This document shows, piece by piece, positions 43,567 through 52,924 of a DNA stretch of 64,000 nucleotides. Positions within the stretch are counted from its first letter, which is position 1, and the number at the start of each line of letters is the position of its first letter. The translations under genes and the position numbers were made by a program. Origin of the DNA: Anaeromyxobacteraceae bacterium (GTDB taxonomy: Bacteria > Myxococcota > Myxococcia > Myxococcales > Anaeromyxobacteraceae). The notes beneath the pieces are model-generated. The model was not told the origin of the DNA, searched no databases, and was given only the letters and a program-made list of their open reading frames with translations. The stretch spans positions 288,001 through 352,000 of the forward strand of contig JAULAX010000018.1 of NCBI GenBank assembly GCA_032654565.1, in the 5' to 3' direction.

Positions 43567-43959
43567 ATGGCAACCCAGGTCCAGATCAACGTCGGCCGCC
43601 GCAAGGAGTCCGTGGCGCGCGTGCGCCTCGTCCCCGGCACCGGCAACGTCACCATCAACGGCCGGCCCATGGACGAGTACTTCGGCCGCGAGACCTCCAA
43701 GATGATCCTCATCGAGCCGCTCAAGCTCGTGGACCAGCTCGGCAAGGTCGACGTCCTGGTCACCGCCCACGGCGGCGGCCTCTCCGGCCAGGCCGGCGCC
43801 ATCCGCCACGGCATCAGCCGGGCGCTGGTGGAGCTGAACGCCGAGTACCGCCCGGTGCTGAAGAAGGCCGGCTTCCTCACCCGCGACGCCCGCGCCGTCG
43901 AGCGCAAGAAGTACGGCCGTCCCGGCGCCCGCAAGCGCTTCCAGTTCAGCAAGCGCTAG
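43567..43959 (+). CDS. rpsI: 30S ribosomal protein S9
   Basis: [31 protein letters not shown]. Confidence 0.98.
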   Translation: MATQVQINVGRRKESVARVRLVPGTGNVTINGRPMDEYFGRETSKMILIEPLKLVDQLGKVDVLVTAHGGGLSGQAGAIRHGISRALVELNAEYRPVLKKAGFLTRDARAVERKKYGRPGARKRFQFSKR

Positions 43960-43990
43960 CCGCTTCACCGGGCCTCCCTGGCTCGCACCG

Positions 43991-44022
43991 ACGGCCGGCA
44001 CCCCACGGGTGTCCGGCCGTTC
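43991..44022 (+). terminator. Hairpin after rpsI, probable terminator
   Basis: ACGGCCGG-CACCC-cac-GGGTG-t-CCGGCCGT; weak U tract. Confidence 0.55.
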
Positions 44023-44132
44023 GGCGTTCCGGGGGTCCGGCCCCGCACCGGGCGGGCGCTATCGCCCCGCCGCGCCCCGCCGTCGCACGCATTGGACCGG
44101 TGCCGGATCCGGGTGTTACGCTCGACGCCGCG

Positions 44133-45434
44133 ATGGAACTGAACGAGATCCTGCAGATCGCCCTGCGCGCCGGCGCCAGCGACATCCACCTCAAGGCCGG
44201 CCTCCCGCCCATGTTCCGGGTGGACGGCGGGCTGGTGCCGCTCAAGGACGCCCGGCGGCTGCCGCCCGAGGAGATCCAGCGGATGGCGCTCGGGATCATG
44301 AACGAGTACCAGCGCGAGAAGTACAAGCAGACCAACGAGGTGGACCTGGCCTACGGCGTGCCCGGGCTGGGGCGCTTCCGCGTCAACATCTTCCAGCAGC
44401 GCGGCACCATCGGCGTGGTGCTGCGGGTCATCCCCTTCAAGATCCAGTCGATCGAGCAGCTCATGCTGCCCAAGATCCTGGAGAAGATCGCCGGCGAGCA
44501 GCGCGGGCTGGTGCTGGTCACCGGCACCACCGGCTCGGGCAAGTCGACCACGCTGGCGGCCATGGTGGATCACGTCAACGCCACCGAGACCTGCCACATC
44601 ATGACCATCGAGGACCCCATCGAGTTCCTCATCCGCGACAAGCGGTCGATCGTCAACCAGCGCGAGGTCGGGGTCGACACCATGAGCTTCGGCCAGGCGC
44701 TCAAGAGCGCCCTGCGCCAGGACCCCGACGTCATCCTGGTCGGCGAGATGCGCGACCTGGAGACCATCGAGACCGCGCTCACCGCCGCCGAGACCGGCCA
44801 CCTGGTGATGTCGACGCTGCACACCCTCGACGCCACCGAGACCATCAACCGCATCATCTCCGCCTTCCCCCCGTACCAGCAGAAGCAGGTGCGGCTGCAG
44901 CTCGGCTCGGTCCTGCGCGGCGTCATCTCGCAGCGGCTGGTGCCGCGCGCCGACGCCAAGGGGCGGGTGCCGGCCATCGAGGTGCTGCTCTGCACCAGCC
45001 GGGTCCGCGAGATGATCGAGGACAAGGACCGCACCAAGGAGATCCCCGACGCCATCTCCCAGGGGCACGTCAGCTACGGGATGCAGACCTTCGACCAGTC
45101 GCTGATGTTCCTGCTCAAGTCGAACCTGATCACCTACGAGGAGGCGCTGCGCCAGGCCACCAACCCGGACGACTTCGCGCTGCGGGTCTCCGGCGTCAGC
45201 AGCACCAGCGACTCGAAGTGGGACGGGTTCGAGACCAAGGCCGAGCCGGCCGCCCCCGCCAACACCCAGCGCGCCGCCGCCCAGCGCCCCGCCGCGCCGC
45301 GCCCCACGCCCGGCCCGCCGGCCCAGCCCGGCATCGCCCTCGGCCGGGTCCAGCCGACCAAGGCCCCCGCCGCCGAGCCCCCCGCGGGCCCCGCCCCCGG
45401 CGGCGACGACGACTTCCAGATCGAGCGGTTCTAG
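44133..45434 (+). CDS. pilT: PilT/PilU-family type IV pilus retraction ATPase
   Basis: ASDIHL, GTTGSGKST, TIEDPIE, LRQDPDVILVGEMRD, GMQTFDQSL. Confidence 0.92.
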   Translation: MELNEILQIALRAGASDIHLKAGLPPMFRVDGGLVPLKDARRLPPEEIQRMALGIMNEYQREKYKQTNEVDLAYGVPGLGRFRVNIFQQRGTIGVVLRVIPFKIQSIEQLMLPKILEKIAGEQRGLVLVTGTTGSGKSTTLAAMVDHVNATETCHIMTIEDPIEFLIRDKRSIVNQREVGVDTMSFGQALKSALRQDPDVILVGEMRDLETIETALTAAETGHLVMSTLHTLDATETINRIISAFPPYQQKQVRLQLGSVLRGVISQRLVPRADAKGRVPAIEVLLCTSRVREMIEDKDRTKEIPDAISQGHVSYGMQTFDQSLMFLLKSNLITYEEALRQATNPDDFALRVSGVSSTSDSKWDGFETKAEPAAPANTQRAAAQRPAAPRPTPGPPAQPGIALGRVQPTKAPAAEPPAGPAPGGDDDFQIERF

Positions 45435-45449
45435 CCCCGTTCCACCGGC

Positions 45450-45950
45450 ATGAAGGCCGACGAGTCGCCGCTGCAGCGCGCCCAGGCGGTGGCGCTGCGC
45501 TACCTGGCCGCCGCCGCCCGCACCGAGGTCCAGGTGAGGGCCCGCCTGGTGAAGGCCGAGCTGGCCGAGCAGGCCGACCCGGTGATCGCCTGGCTGCGGG
45601 GGCTGCGCTACCTCGACGACGCCGCCTACGCCCGCGGCCGGGCCCGCACCCTGGTGACCTCGGGCCGCCTCGGCCCGCGCACCGCCGAGCGGCGCCTGCT
45701 GCGGGCCGGCATCGGCGCCGCCGAGGCCCGGGCGGCGGTGGCCGGGGCCCTGGCCGAGGAGGTGCCGGGCGGCGAGGCGGCGCTGTGCCTGGCCCTGGCG
45801 GAGCGCCGCTCCCGGGGCACGCCGCTGGCCGCGCTGGACCCCCGGGCCCGCGGCCGGCTGGCCCGCTTCCTCCTCGGCCGCGGCTTCTCCGGCGCCGCCG
45901 TGGCGCGGGCGCTGGGGGGCTTCCACGACCGCGACCTGGAGGACCCCTGA
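45450..45950 (+). CDS. recX: Regulatory protein RecX
   Basis: ALRYLA, YLDDAAYA, LARFLLGRGFS. Confidence 0.85.
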   Translation: MKADESPLQRAQAVALRYLAAAARTEVQVRARLVKAELAEQADPVIAWLRGLRYLDDAAYARGRARTLVTSGRLGPRTAERRLLRAGIGAAEARAAVAGALAEEVPGGEAALCLALAERRSRGTPLAALDPRARGRLARFLLGRGFSGAAVARALGGFHDRDLEDP

Positions 45951-46015
45951 GCGGGCCAGGCCCCGCCTCCGGAGCGATGCGCCGCCGCCGGTTCTACGAT
46001 ATGTTCCGCCCCCTC

Positions 46016-46792
46016 ATGCGAACCCGGATCCTCCTGCTCGCTCTGGTCCCGCTGCTGGCCTGCTCCAGCAGCCGCGTCTCCTTCACCGGCGAGATCAAGT
46101 ACGCCAAGACCGCCGAGGAGAACTACGAGGCCGGGGTCGACGAGATGAAGCACGAGAACTGGGTGGAGGCCCACAAGTTCTACGAGCACGTGCGGACCAA
46201 GTACCCCTTCTCGAAGTACGCGGCGCTGTCCGAGCTGCGCCAGGCCGACGCCAAGTTCCAGCAGAACCGGCTCGGCGAGGCGGCCGACGCCTACACCGCC
46301 TTCGTCACCGCCCACCCCATCCACGAGGAGGCCGACTACGCGGCCTTCCGCGCCGCCAAGGCCCGCTCCGACGACGCGCCGGGGGAGTTCATCCTCTTCC
46401 CCCCCACCTACGAGAAGGACCAGAAGGCGCTGCGCGCCGCCACCGAGCTGCTGGTGGCCTTCCTCAAGGACCGGCCGGGCGCCACACAGATCCCCGAGGC
46501 CAGGGCGATGCTGGCCGTGGCGCAGAAGCGGCTGGCCGATCACGAGGCCTACGTGGCCGAGTTCTACTGGAAGCGCGAGCGCTGGGCCGGCGCGGCCATG
46601 CGCTACGAGGGGCTGGTCCGCGACTACCCGGGCGCCCCCCAGGAGCCGCTGGCGCTGCTGAGGATGGGGCAGGCCTACGCCCGGCTCGACGAGAAGTTCA
46701 GGGCCCAGCAGGCGCTGCAGAAGCTGATCGCGCGCCACCCGCTGGATCCGCGCCGGGCCGAGGCGGAGAAGCTGCTTGGGCAGCTCCGCTAA
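46016..46792 (+). CDS. bamD: Outer-membrane assembly lipoprotein BamD
   Basis: Lipobox LLAC, YPFSKYA, LADHEAYVAEFYWKR; TPR-like. Confidence 0.88.
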   Translation: MRTRILLLALVPLLACSSSRVSFTGEIKYAKTAEENYEAGVDEMKHENWVEAHKFYEHVRTKYPFSKYAALSELRQADAKFQQNRLGEAADAYTAFVTAHPIHEEADYAAFRAAKARSDDAPGEFILFPPTYEKDQKALRAATELLVAFLKDRPGATQIPEARAMLAVAQKRLADHEAYVAEFYWKRERWAGAAMRYEGLVRDYPGAPQEPLALLRMGQAYARLDEKFRAQQALQKLIARHPLDPRRAEAEKLLGQLR

Positions 46793-47588
46793 GGGCCCTC
46801 CGCCCGACCACCAGGGCTTCGGGGCCCGCTCCGGGCGCCGCGCCCTGGGGAGGCTGCTGCAGGCCCGCCAGGGGGCCCCCTACCTCTTCCCGCTGCTGCT
46901 GGTGCTGCTGGTGCTGGCCGGCGGCTGGTGGCTGCGCGACCTCACCCCCCGCCTGGCCGGGGCGGCGGCCGACCCCGAGACCCGGGTCCGGGCGGCGCTG
47001 GCCCGGCAGCGGAGCCTGCACCTCTCCGACGTCTACGGCTTCGAGGCCGGCGGCACCCTGGAGCTGGACCCGGTCCGCTTCGGCGACCTGGCCGTCACCG
47101 TGGAGGGGGACCGGGCCCAGGTGGTGGCCATGGTGGAGGGGGAGGGGAGCCTCGACTGGCGGCGCGGCCGCATCCGCGTCGGCTACATCGGCCGGGAGCG
47201 GTTCTCCATGACCCCCTGCGACCTGGGGGGCTGGTGCGCCGACGGCCGCCAGCTGGCCGAGCTGCGGCGGGTGCTGCCGCTGCTGTTCCGGCGCATCGAC
47301 GCCTTCAACGCCCGCGACGCCGCCGCCTACGGGCGGCTGGTGGGGGAGGGGTACCGCGGGGCGGGGGGCAAGCCGGCGGTGCTGGCCCAGCTGCGCCGCG
47401 ACTTCGGCCCCGGCCCGGCCGCCACCCTGACCGTCACCGCCTGGCAGCTGCGGGTGGAGCCGGGGCGGGTGGTGGTGGGCGAGGACGAGCGGGTGCGGGT
47501 CGGCGACGGCCCGGAGGCGACGCTGCGGGCCCGGCTGGAGCTGAAGGAGGAGGACGGCCGTTGGGTCATCGTCGACGGGCTGAGGTAG
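46776..47588 (+). CDS. Hypothetical single-TM protein
   Basis: Fills the gap between bamD and the TPR gene; one TM helix; start uncertain. Confidence 0.65.
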   Translation: MGSSAKGPPPDHQGFGARSGRRALGRLLQARQGAPYLFPLLLVLLVLAGGWWLRDLTPRLAGAAADPETRVRAALARQRSLHLSDVYGFEAGGTLELDPVRFGDLAVTVEGDRAQVVAMVEGEGSLDWRRGRIRVGYIGRERFSMTPCDLGGWCADGRQLAELRRVLPLLFRRIDAFNARDAAAYGRLVGEGYRGAGGKPAVLAQLRRDFGPGPAATLTVTAWQLRVEPGRVVVGEDERVRVGDGPEATLRARLELKEEDGRWVIVDGLR

Positions 47589-47616
47589 AGTCGCCCAACC
47601 CCGGAGGGAGTTCGAC

Positions 47617-48324
47617 ATGGACGAGACCCTGAAGCAGGCCCTCGCGCTGGGGCGCGGCTACTACCTGAAGCGGGAGTACGCGCTCGCCGAGCAGTTCCTG
47701 ACCGAGGTGGTGGAGAAGAACCAGTCGTTCGCCGACGTCTACAACATGCTCGGGGTCATCTACCACGACCAGGGGCAGTACGAGAAAGCCCAGCGCGGCT
47801 TCGAGGCGGCGCTGCGCATCAACCCCGGCTACACCGACGCCGCCCTCAACCTGGCGGTCACCTACAACGACACCGGGCGCTACAAGGACGCGCAGGAGAC
47901 CTACCGCCACGCCCTCTCCCGCTCCGGCGCCACCGACACCAAGCTGGACCGCTTCGTGGCCGGCAAGCTGGCCAACATGTACGCCGAGATCGCCGACGTC
48001 TACCTCTCCGCCGGCCTCTACACCGAGGCGGTGGCCGAGTACCGGCGGGCCCTGGCGCTCGGCCCCACCTTCAGCGACATCCGGGCCCGGATGGCCGGGG
48101 CCCTGCGCGACGCCGGCGAGCGCGACGCCGCCATGGCCGAGTACCTGGCGGTGATCAAGCAGAGCCCGGCCTTCATCCCGGCCCGGCTCAACCTGGGGCT
48201 GAGCCTGCTGGCCGCCGGGCGCAAGGAGGAGGCGGTGGCGCAGTGGCAGGCGGTGCTGGCCATCAGCCCCGGCAACCGCAACGCCACCCTCTACCTGGAG
48301 CTGGCCGAGGGGCAGAAGGCGTAG
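47617..48324 (+). CDS. Tetratricopeptide repeat protein
   Basis: Repeated TPR patterns ([23 protein letters not shown]). Confidence 0.88.
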   Translation: MDETLKQALALGRGYYLKREYALAEQFLTEVVEKNQSFADVYNMLGVIYHDQGQYEKAQRGFEAALRINPGYTDAALNLAVTYNDTGRYKDAQETYRHALSRSGATDTKLDRFVAGKLANMYAEIADVYLSAGLYTEAVAEYRRALALGPTFSDIRARMAGALRDAGERDAAMAEYLAVIKQSPAFIPARLNLGLSLLAAGRKEEAVAQWQAVLAISPGNRNATLYLELAEGQKA

Positions 48325-48342
48325 GGCCCGGGGGCGCCTGGC

Positions 48343-49392
48343 ATGAGCGAGCAGGAGAAGACCGTCCGGCTCACCACGCTCAGCCACGGCGCCGGTTGAG
48401 CCTGCAAGATCCGCCCAGCGGACCTGGCGCAGGTCCTGCGCCACCTGAAGCCCGTTCGAGATGCCAACGTCCTGGTCGGCCACGAGACCCGCGACGACGC
48501 GGCGGTCTATCGCCTCTCGCCCGACCAGGCGGTGGTGGAGACCGTCGACTTCTTCACCCCGGTGGTGGACGACCCCTACTGGTTCGGCCGCATCGCCGCC
48601 GCCAACGCCTTCTCCGACATCTGGGCCATGGGGGCGCGGCCGCTCTTCGCCCTCAACCTGGTGGGCTGGCCGGTGAAGACGCTCCCCATGGAGCTGCTCG
48701 GCGAGGTGCTGCGCGGCGGCGCCGAGGCGGCGGCGCTGGCCGGGGCGCCGGTGCTGGGTGGCCACTCCATCGACGACCCCGAGCCCAAGTACGGCATGGC
48801 GGTGACCGGGCTGGTCCACCCCGACCGGATCCTGCGCAACGTCGGGGCCCGGCCGGGCGACCGGCTGCTGCTCACCAAGCCGCTCGGCTCCGGCATCGTC
48901 ACCACCGCCATCAAGCGGGGGCTGGCGCTGGGGGGGCTGCTCGACACCGTGACCCGGCTGATGGCCGAGCTCAACCGGGCCGCCGGCGAGGCGCTGGCCG
49001 CCTCCGGGGCGGTCCACGCCCTCACCGACGTCACCGGCTTCGGCCTGCTCGGCCACGCCTGGGAGATGGCCGAGGGCTCGGGCGTGGCCCTGCGGATCCG
49101 CTCGCAGGCGGTGCCGGTGCTCGACGGCGTGGTCGACCTGGCCGCCGCCGACGTGGTGCCGGGCGGCTCGCGCGCCAACCTGGCCTGGGTGCAGCCCCAC
49201 CTGCGCGCCGATCCCGAGGCGGTCCTGCCGCTCATCGTGCTGGCCGACGCCCAGACCAACGGCGGGCTGCTGGCGGCGGTGGCGCCGGAGCGCTCGGCCG
49301 GGGTGCTGGCGGCGCTGGCGGCGGCCGGGGTCAAGGCGGCCGACATCGGCGAGGTGCTGCCCGGCACGCCGCCGCACATCGAGATCGTCTAG
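48343..49392 (+). CDS. selD: Selenide, water dikinase (selenoprotein; in-frame UGA at codon 19)
   Basis: MSEQEKTVRLTTLSHGAG-TGA(48397)-ACKI; DDAAVY, TVDFFTP, TDVTGFGLLGH, QTNGGLL. Confidence 0.95.
48420..48436 (+). promoter_or_regulatory. Candidate bacterial SECIS hairpin
   Basis: GGACCTG-gcg-CAGGTCC, 7-bp stem beginning 21 nt after the UGA. Confidence 0.65.
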
Positions 49393-49401
49393 CTTCACGC
49401 C

Positions 49402-50163
49402 ATGCCCGTCGCCCTCCTCGCCGCCCTGCTGGCCCTGGCCGCCCCGGCGCCGCCCAAGGCCCCCCGGCCCCCCGCCTTCGTGGTGGTGATCGACCCCGGC
49501 CACGGCGGGGAGCACGACGGCGCCCACTCGCCGGCCGGCCTGAAGGAGAAGGACGTGGTGCTGCAGATCGCCCGGCGCCTCCGGCCGCGGCTGGAGCAGC
49601 TGGGGGCCAAGGTGGTGCTGACCCGGACCGGAGACATCGGCGTGCCGCTCACCACCCGGGCCGCGGTGGCCAACGGGCTCAGGGCCGACCTCTTCGTCTC
49701 CATCCACCTCAACTCCATGGCCACCGCCGAGGGGCGGCGGCTCTCCACCGGGGTGGAGACCTATTTCCTCTCCGCCGACGCCAGCGACGCCAACGCCGCG
49801 GCGGCGGCGGCGCGGGAGAACGCCGACCGGCTGGCCGGGGAGCCGCTCCCCGATCCTGGCGACCCGGTGGCCGGCATCCTCCAGGACCTGGAGCAGGCGG
49901 CGGCGCTGGCCGGCTCCTCGCGCCTGGCCTACGCGCTCCACGACCGGCTCATCGCCGCGCTGGGCACCGAGGACCGCGGGGTCAAGCAGGCCCCCTTCTA
50001 CGTGCTGGCCGGCGCCCGCATGCCGGCGGTGCTGCTGGAGGTGGGGTTCATCTCCAACGCCGTCGAGGCCGGCAAGCTCACCAGCGCCGCCCACCAGGAG
50101 CGGATCGCCGCGGCCATCGCCGCCGGCGTGGCGGCCTGGCGCGAGGCGGAGCGGCGCCGGTAG
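49402..50163 (+). CDS. N-acetylmuramoyl-L-alanine amidase (Amidase_3)
   Basis: [28 protein letters not shown]. Confidence 0.92.
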   Translation: MPVALLAALLALAAPAPPKAPRPPAFVVVIDPGHGGEHDGAHSPAGLKEKDVVLQIARRLRPRLEQLGAKVVLTRTGDIGVPLTTRAAVANGLRADLFVSIHLNSMATAEGRRLSTGVETYFLSADASDANAAAAAARENADRLAGEPLPDPGDPVAGILQDLEQAAALAGSSRLAYALHDRLIAALGTEDRGVKQAPFYVLAGARMPAVLLEVGFISNAVEAGKLTSAAHQERIAAAIAAGVAAWREAERRR

Positions 50164-50170
50164 CAGGTCG

Positions 50171-50199
50171 CCGGCCCGGCCCGGCCCGGCCCGGCCCGG
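50171..50199. repeat. CCGGC microsatellite, about 6 copies
   Basis: ccggcccggcccggcccggcccggcccgg in the amidase-rph spacer. Confidence 0.8.
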
Positions 50200-50281
50200 G
50201 CGTGGCGAACCGGCGCAGGTGGCGCGGCGCGGCGGCCCCCGGTGGCGCGTCCGGCCCCGCCCGACTAGGATGCGCGACCCT

Positions 50282-50995
50282 ATGCGAACCCACGGCCGCG
50301 GCGAACGCGAGTTGCGCACCATCGTCCTCGAGGCAGGCGTCTCCAAGTACGCGGAGGGCTCCTGCCTGGCCCGCTTCGGCGACACCCACGTGCTCTGCAC
50401 GGCGTCGATCGAGGACCGGGTCCCGCCCCACGTCCTCGGCACCGGGGCCGGCTGGGTCACCGCCGAGTACGGGATGCTGCCACGCTCCACCCACGACCGG
50501 ATGCGCCGCGAGGCGGCCTCCGGAAAGCAGGGCGGGCGGACGCTGGAGATCCAGCGGCTCATCGGCCGGGCCCTGCGCGCCTCCATCGACCTCAAGGCCC
50601 TCGGCCAGCGGACCATCGCCCTCGACTGCGACGTGCTGCAGGCCGACGGCGGCACCCGCACCGCGGCGGTCACCGGCGCCTGGGTGGCGCTGTCGCTGGC
50701 GGTCCGCACCCTGCAGAAGGCCGGCAAGCTCAAGGCCGAGCCCATGGTCCGGCGCGTCGCCGCGGTCAGCGTCGGCGTCAAGGGCGGGGTGGCGCTGCTC
50801 GACCTCGACTACGCCGAGGACTCCACCGCCGACGTCGACATGAACGTGGTGGCCACCGGCGACGGCAAGCTGGTGGAGGTGCAGGGCACCGCCGAGGGGC
50901 AGGCCTTCGGCCGCGGCGAGCTGGACGCCATGCTCGACCTCGCCCTGCAGGGGATCTCCCGGCTCGGCGAGCTGCAGCAGGCGGCGCTCAAGTAG
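50282..50995 (+). CDS. rph: Ribonuclease PH
   Basis: [46 protein letters not shown]. Confidence 0.97.
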   Translation: MRTHGRGERELRTIVLEAGVSKYAEGSCLARFGDTHVLCTASIEDRVPPHVLGTGAGWVTAEYGMLPRSTHDRMRREAASGKQGGRTLEIQRLIGRALRASIDLKALGQRTIALDCDVLQADGGTRTAAVTGAWVALSLAVRTLQKAGKLKAEPMVRRVAAVSVGVKGGVALLDLDYAEDSTADVDMNVVATGDGKLVEVQGTAEGQAFGRGELDAMLDLALQGISRLGELQQAALK

Positions 50996-51016
50996 GGCGC
51001 CGGGAGGGTCGCGGCG

Positions 51017-51664
51017 GTGGAGCTCTTCTTCGGCACCTCCAACGAGGGAAAGCTGCGCGAGCTGCGGCGGCTGGTGGAGGGGCTGCCGCTGGTGGTGGTG
51101 ACGCCGGCCGACCTGGGGGTGCCGCTCCCCGAGGTGGTTGAGGACGGCGCCACCTTCCTGGAGAACGCCGGGAAGAAGGCCAGGGCCTTCGCGCGGGCCT
51201 CCGGCCGAGTGGCGCTGGCCGACGACTCCGGCCTCTGCGTCGACGCCCTTGGGGGCGCCCCGGGCATCTTCTCGGCCCGCTGGTCGGAGGCCGAGCACCC
51301 GGGGGCGCTGCCGCGGGAGGACCGCGACCGGCACAACAACCAGAAGCTGCTGGCGGCGCTGGCCGGGGTGGAGAAGGCCCGGCGGGGAGCTGCCTACGTG
51401 GCGGCGCTGGCCCTGGCCGGTCCCGACGGCCGCCTGCTGGAGGGCGTGGTGGGGCGCTGCCGCGGCCGGATCGGGAGGGCGGGGCGGGGCGACGGCGGCT
51501 TCGGCTACGACCCGCTCTTCGTGGCCGAGGGGCGGGCGCTCACCATGGCCGAGCTGCCGCCGGCCGAGAAGGACGCCCTGTCGCACCGCGGGGCGGCCTT
51601 CCGGGCGCTGCGGCCGGCCCTGGCGCGGCTCGCCGCCCTTGACGAAGGCCGGGGGAACCGCTAG
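51017..51664 (+). CDS. rdgB: Non-canonical purine NTP pyrophosphatase (Ham1 family)
   Basis: TSNEGK, ADDSGL, GFGYDPLF, SHRG. Confidence 0.95.
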   Translation: MELFFGTSNEGKLRELRRLVEGLPLVVVTPADLGVPLPEVVEDGATFLENAGKKARAFARASGRVALADDSGLCVDALGGAPGIFSARWSEAEHPGALPREDRDRHNNQKLLAALAGVEKARRGAAYVAALALAGPDGRLLEGVVGRCRGRIGRAGRGDGGFGYDPLFVAEGRALTMAELPPAEKDALSHRGAAFRALRPALARLAALDEGRGNR

Positions 51665-51667
51665 TTA
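51639..51667 (+). promoter_or_regulatory. Sigma-70-type promoter for the tRNA cluster
   Basis: TTGACG, 17 nt, TAGTTA. Confidence 0.5.
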
Positions 51668-51711
51668 CCACCCCCTCGGAGTGACCGGCTCGTTCGGTCA
51701 GCCACTGTTTC

Positions 51712-51785
51712 CGGGGCGTAGCGCAGCCTGGTAGCGCGCCTGCCTTGGGCGCAGGAGGTCGCCGGTCCGAATCCGGCCGCCCCGA
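51712..51785 (+). tRNA. tRNA-Pro (TGG)
   Basis: Cloverleaf; acceptor CGGGGCG/CGCCCCG; anticodon loop CTTGGGC; atypical T-loop TCCGAAT; no encoded CCA. Confidence 0.88.
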
Positions 51786-51864
51786 CTCTTTGACAGCGAT
51801 GGTGGTGGCCGGGCCGCGGGTCGCACGCGGTGCCGGGGCAACAACGAGGTCGCCCAAATTTTAC

Positions 51865-51941
51865 GGTGAGTATAGCTCAATCGGCAGAGCACTGGACTGT
51901 GGATCCGGGGGTCAAGGGTTCGAACCCCTTTACTCACCCCA
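51865..51941 (+). tRNA. tRNA-His (GTG)
   Basis: G-1:C73, loop CTGTGGA, TTCGAAC, encoded CCA. Confidence 0.96.
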
Positions 51942-51955
51942 ACTCTTCTCGCGAA

Positions 51956-52032
51956 GCGCCCGTAGCTCAGATGGACAGAGCAGCGGCCTTCTAAGCCGCT
52001 GGTCGCAGGTTCGACTCCTGCCGGGCGCGCCA
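51956..52032 (+). tRNA. tRNA-Arg (TCT)
   Basis: Loop CTTCTAA, TTCGACT, encoded CCA. Confidence 0.96.
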
Positions 52033-52063
52033 CACGGCGCTGGCCCGCCAGCGCGGCGGCACG

Positions 52064-52092
52064 TTGACAGCCCGGTCGGGCGCTGGTAGATC
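52064..52092 (+). promoter_or_regulatory. Sigma-70 promoter for tRNA-Lys
   Basis: TTGACA, 17 nt, TAGATC. Confidence 0.65.
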
Positions 52093-52125
52093 CGCGCCCC
52101 TTCGGCCATCCTGAAGTTCGTCTTC

Positions 52126-52198
52126 GGGCGCGTAGCTCAACTGGCAGAGCAATGGACTCTTAATCCATAGGTTGAAGGTTCGATTCCTTCCGCGCTCA
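52126..52198 (+). tRNA. tRNA-Lys (CTT)
   Basis: Loop CTCTTAA, TTCGATT; no encoded CCA. Confidence 0.95.
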
Positions 52199-52234
52199 CT
52201 CCCGAAAGCAGCACCAACTCTCGAATGCTTCCAC

Positions 52235-52265
52235 GGCCTCCCCGGTCACCCGGGGAGGCCTTCGT
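52235..52265 (+). terminator. Intrinsic terminator after tRNA-Lys
   Basis: GGCCTCCCCGG-tcac-CCGGGGAGGCC followed by TTCGT. Confidence 0.75.
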
Positions 52266-52444
52266 GCGTCGGGGCGCCTCGGCGCTCGACGGCCGCGCCA
52301 GCTGGGCCCCATGCTCCCGGGGCCAGGGGCTCTCAGGGGCCTTCCCCGGGCCGCCGGGGCCCGGCGGCGTTATGCTTCCACAGGCCGACGACGGCCGCTG
52401 CATCACCACGGGTCCAGCTCGGCCCCAGATCAGGAGCGGATGGC

Positions 52445-52924
52445 GTGACACCTCCTTCACGACTGCTCGCCGCGACCCTCACCGCGGCCTTCCTCCTGGC
52501 CGGGCCACCGGCCCGGGCCACGCTCGGCGAGGCCGAGGCCACCGTGGAGCGGGACCGCCAGGCCCTGGCCATGGACCGCCGCCCCGTCGCCGCCGCCGCC
52601 GCCGCCGTTGCCTCCGCCACCGGGGTCACCGTCCACGAGCTGCGGAGCTCCACCGTGAGCGTTCGCCAGTTCGTCACCCCGTCCGGCGTGGTCTTCGCCG
52701 TCGCCTGGAGCGGCCTGGCCATGCCCGATCTCGGGACGCTGCTCGGCGTCCACCACGCCGACTACCGGGCCGCGGTGAAGCGCGGTGAGCCGGGGCGTGG
52801 GCCCCGGCGCGTCGAGGCGGCCCAGGTGGTGGTGGAGACCTGGGGGCACGCCCGCAACCTGCACGGCCGCGCCTGGCTGCCGGCCCTCCTGCCTGCCGGA
52901 GTGAAGCCCGATGACCTCCAGTGA
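52445..52924 (+). CDS. DUF2844-like secreted protein
   Basis: Signal peptide ARA-TLG, VRQFVTPSGVVFAVAWSG, PDLGTLLG, GRAWLPALLPAGV. Confidence 0.8.
   Translation: MTPPSRLLAATLTAAFLLAGPPARATLGEAEATVERDRQALAMDRRPVAAAAAAVASATGVTVHELRSSTVSVRQFVTPSGVVFAVAWSGLAMPDLGTLLGVHHADYRAAVKRGEPGRGPRRVEAAQVVVETWGHARNLHGRAWLPALLPAGVKPDDLQ

Noticed and set aside
48397..48399. selD as a nonsense pseudogene
   Set aside because: TGA sits exactly at the catalytic Cys/Sec position with a downstream hairpin
50171..50199. CCGGC microsatellite as a phase-variation switch for rph
   Set aside because: Intergenic and well upstream of the putative TAGGAT -10 box; no evidence of function
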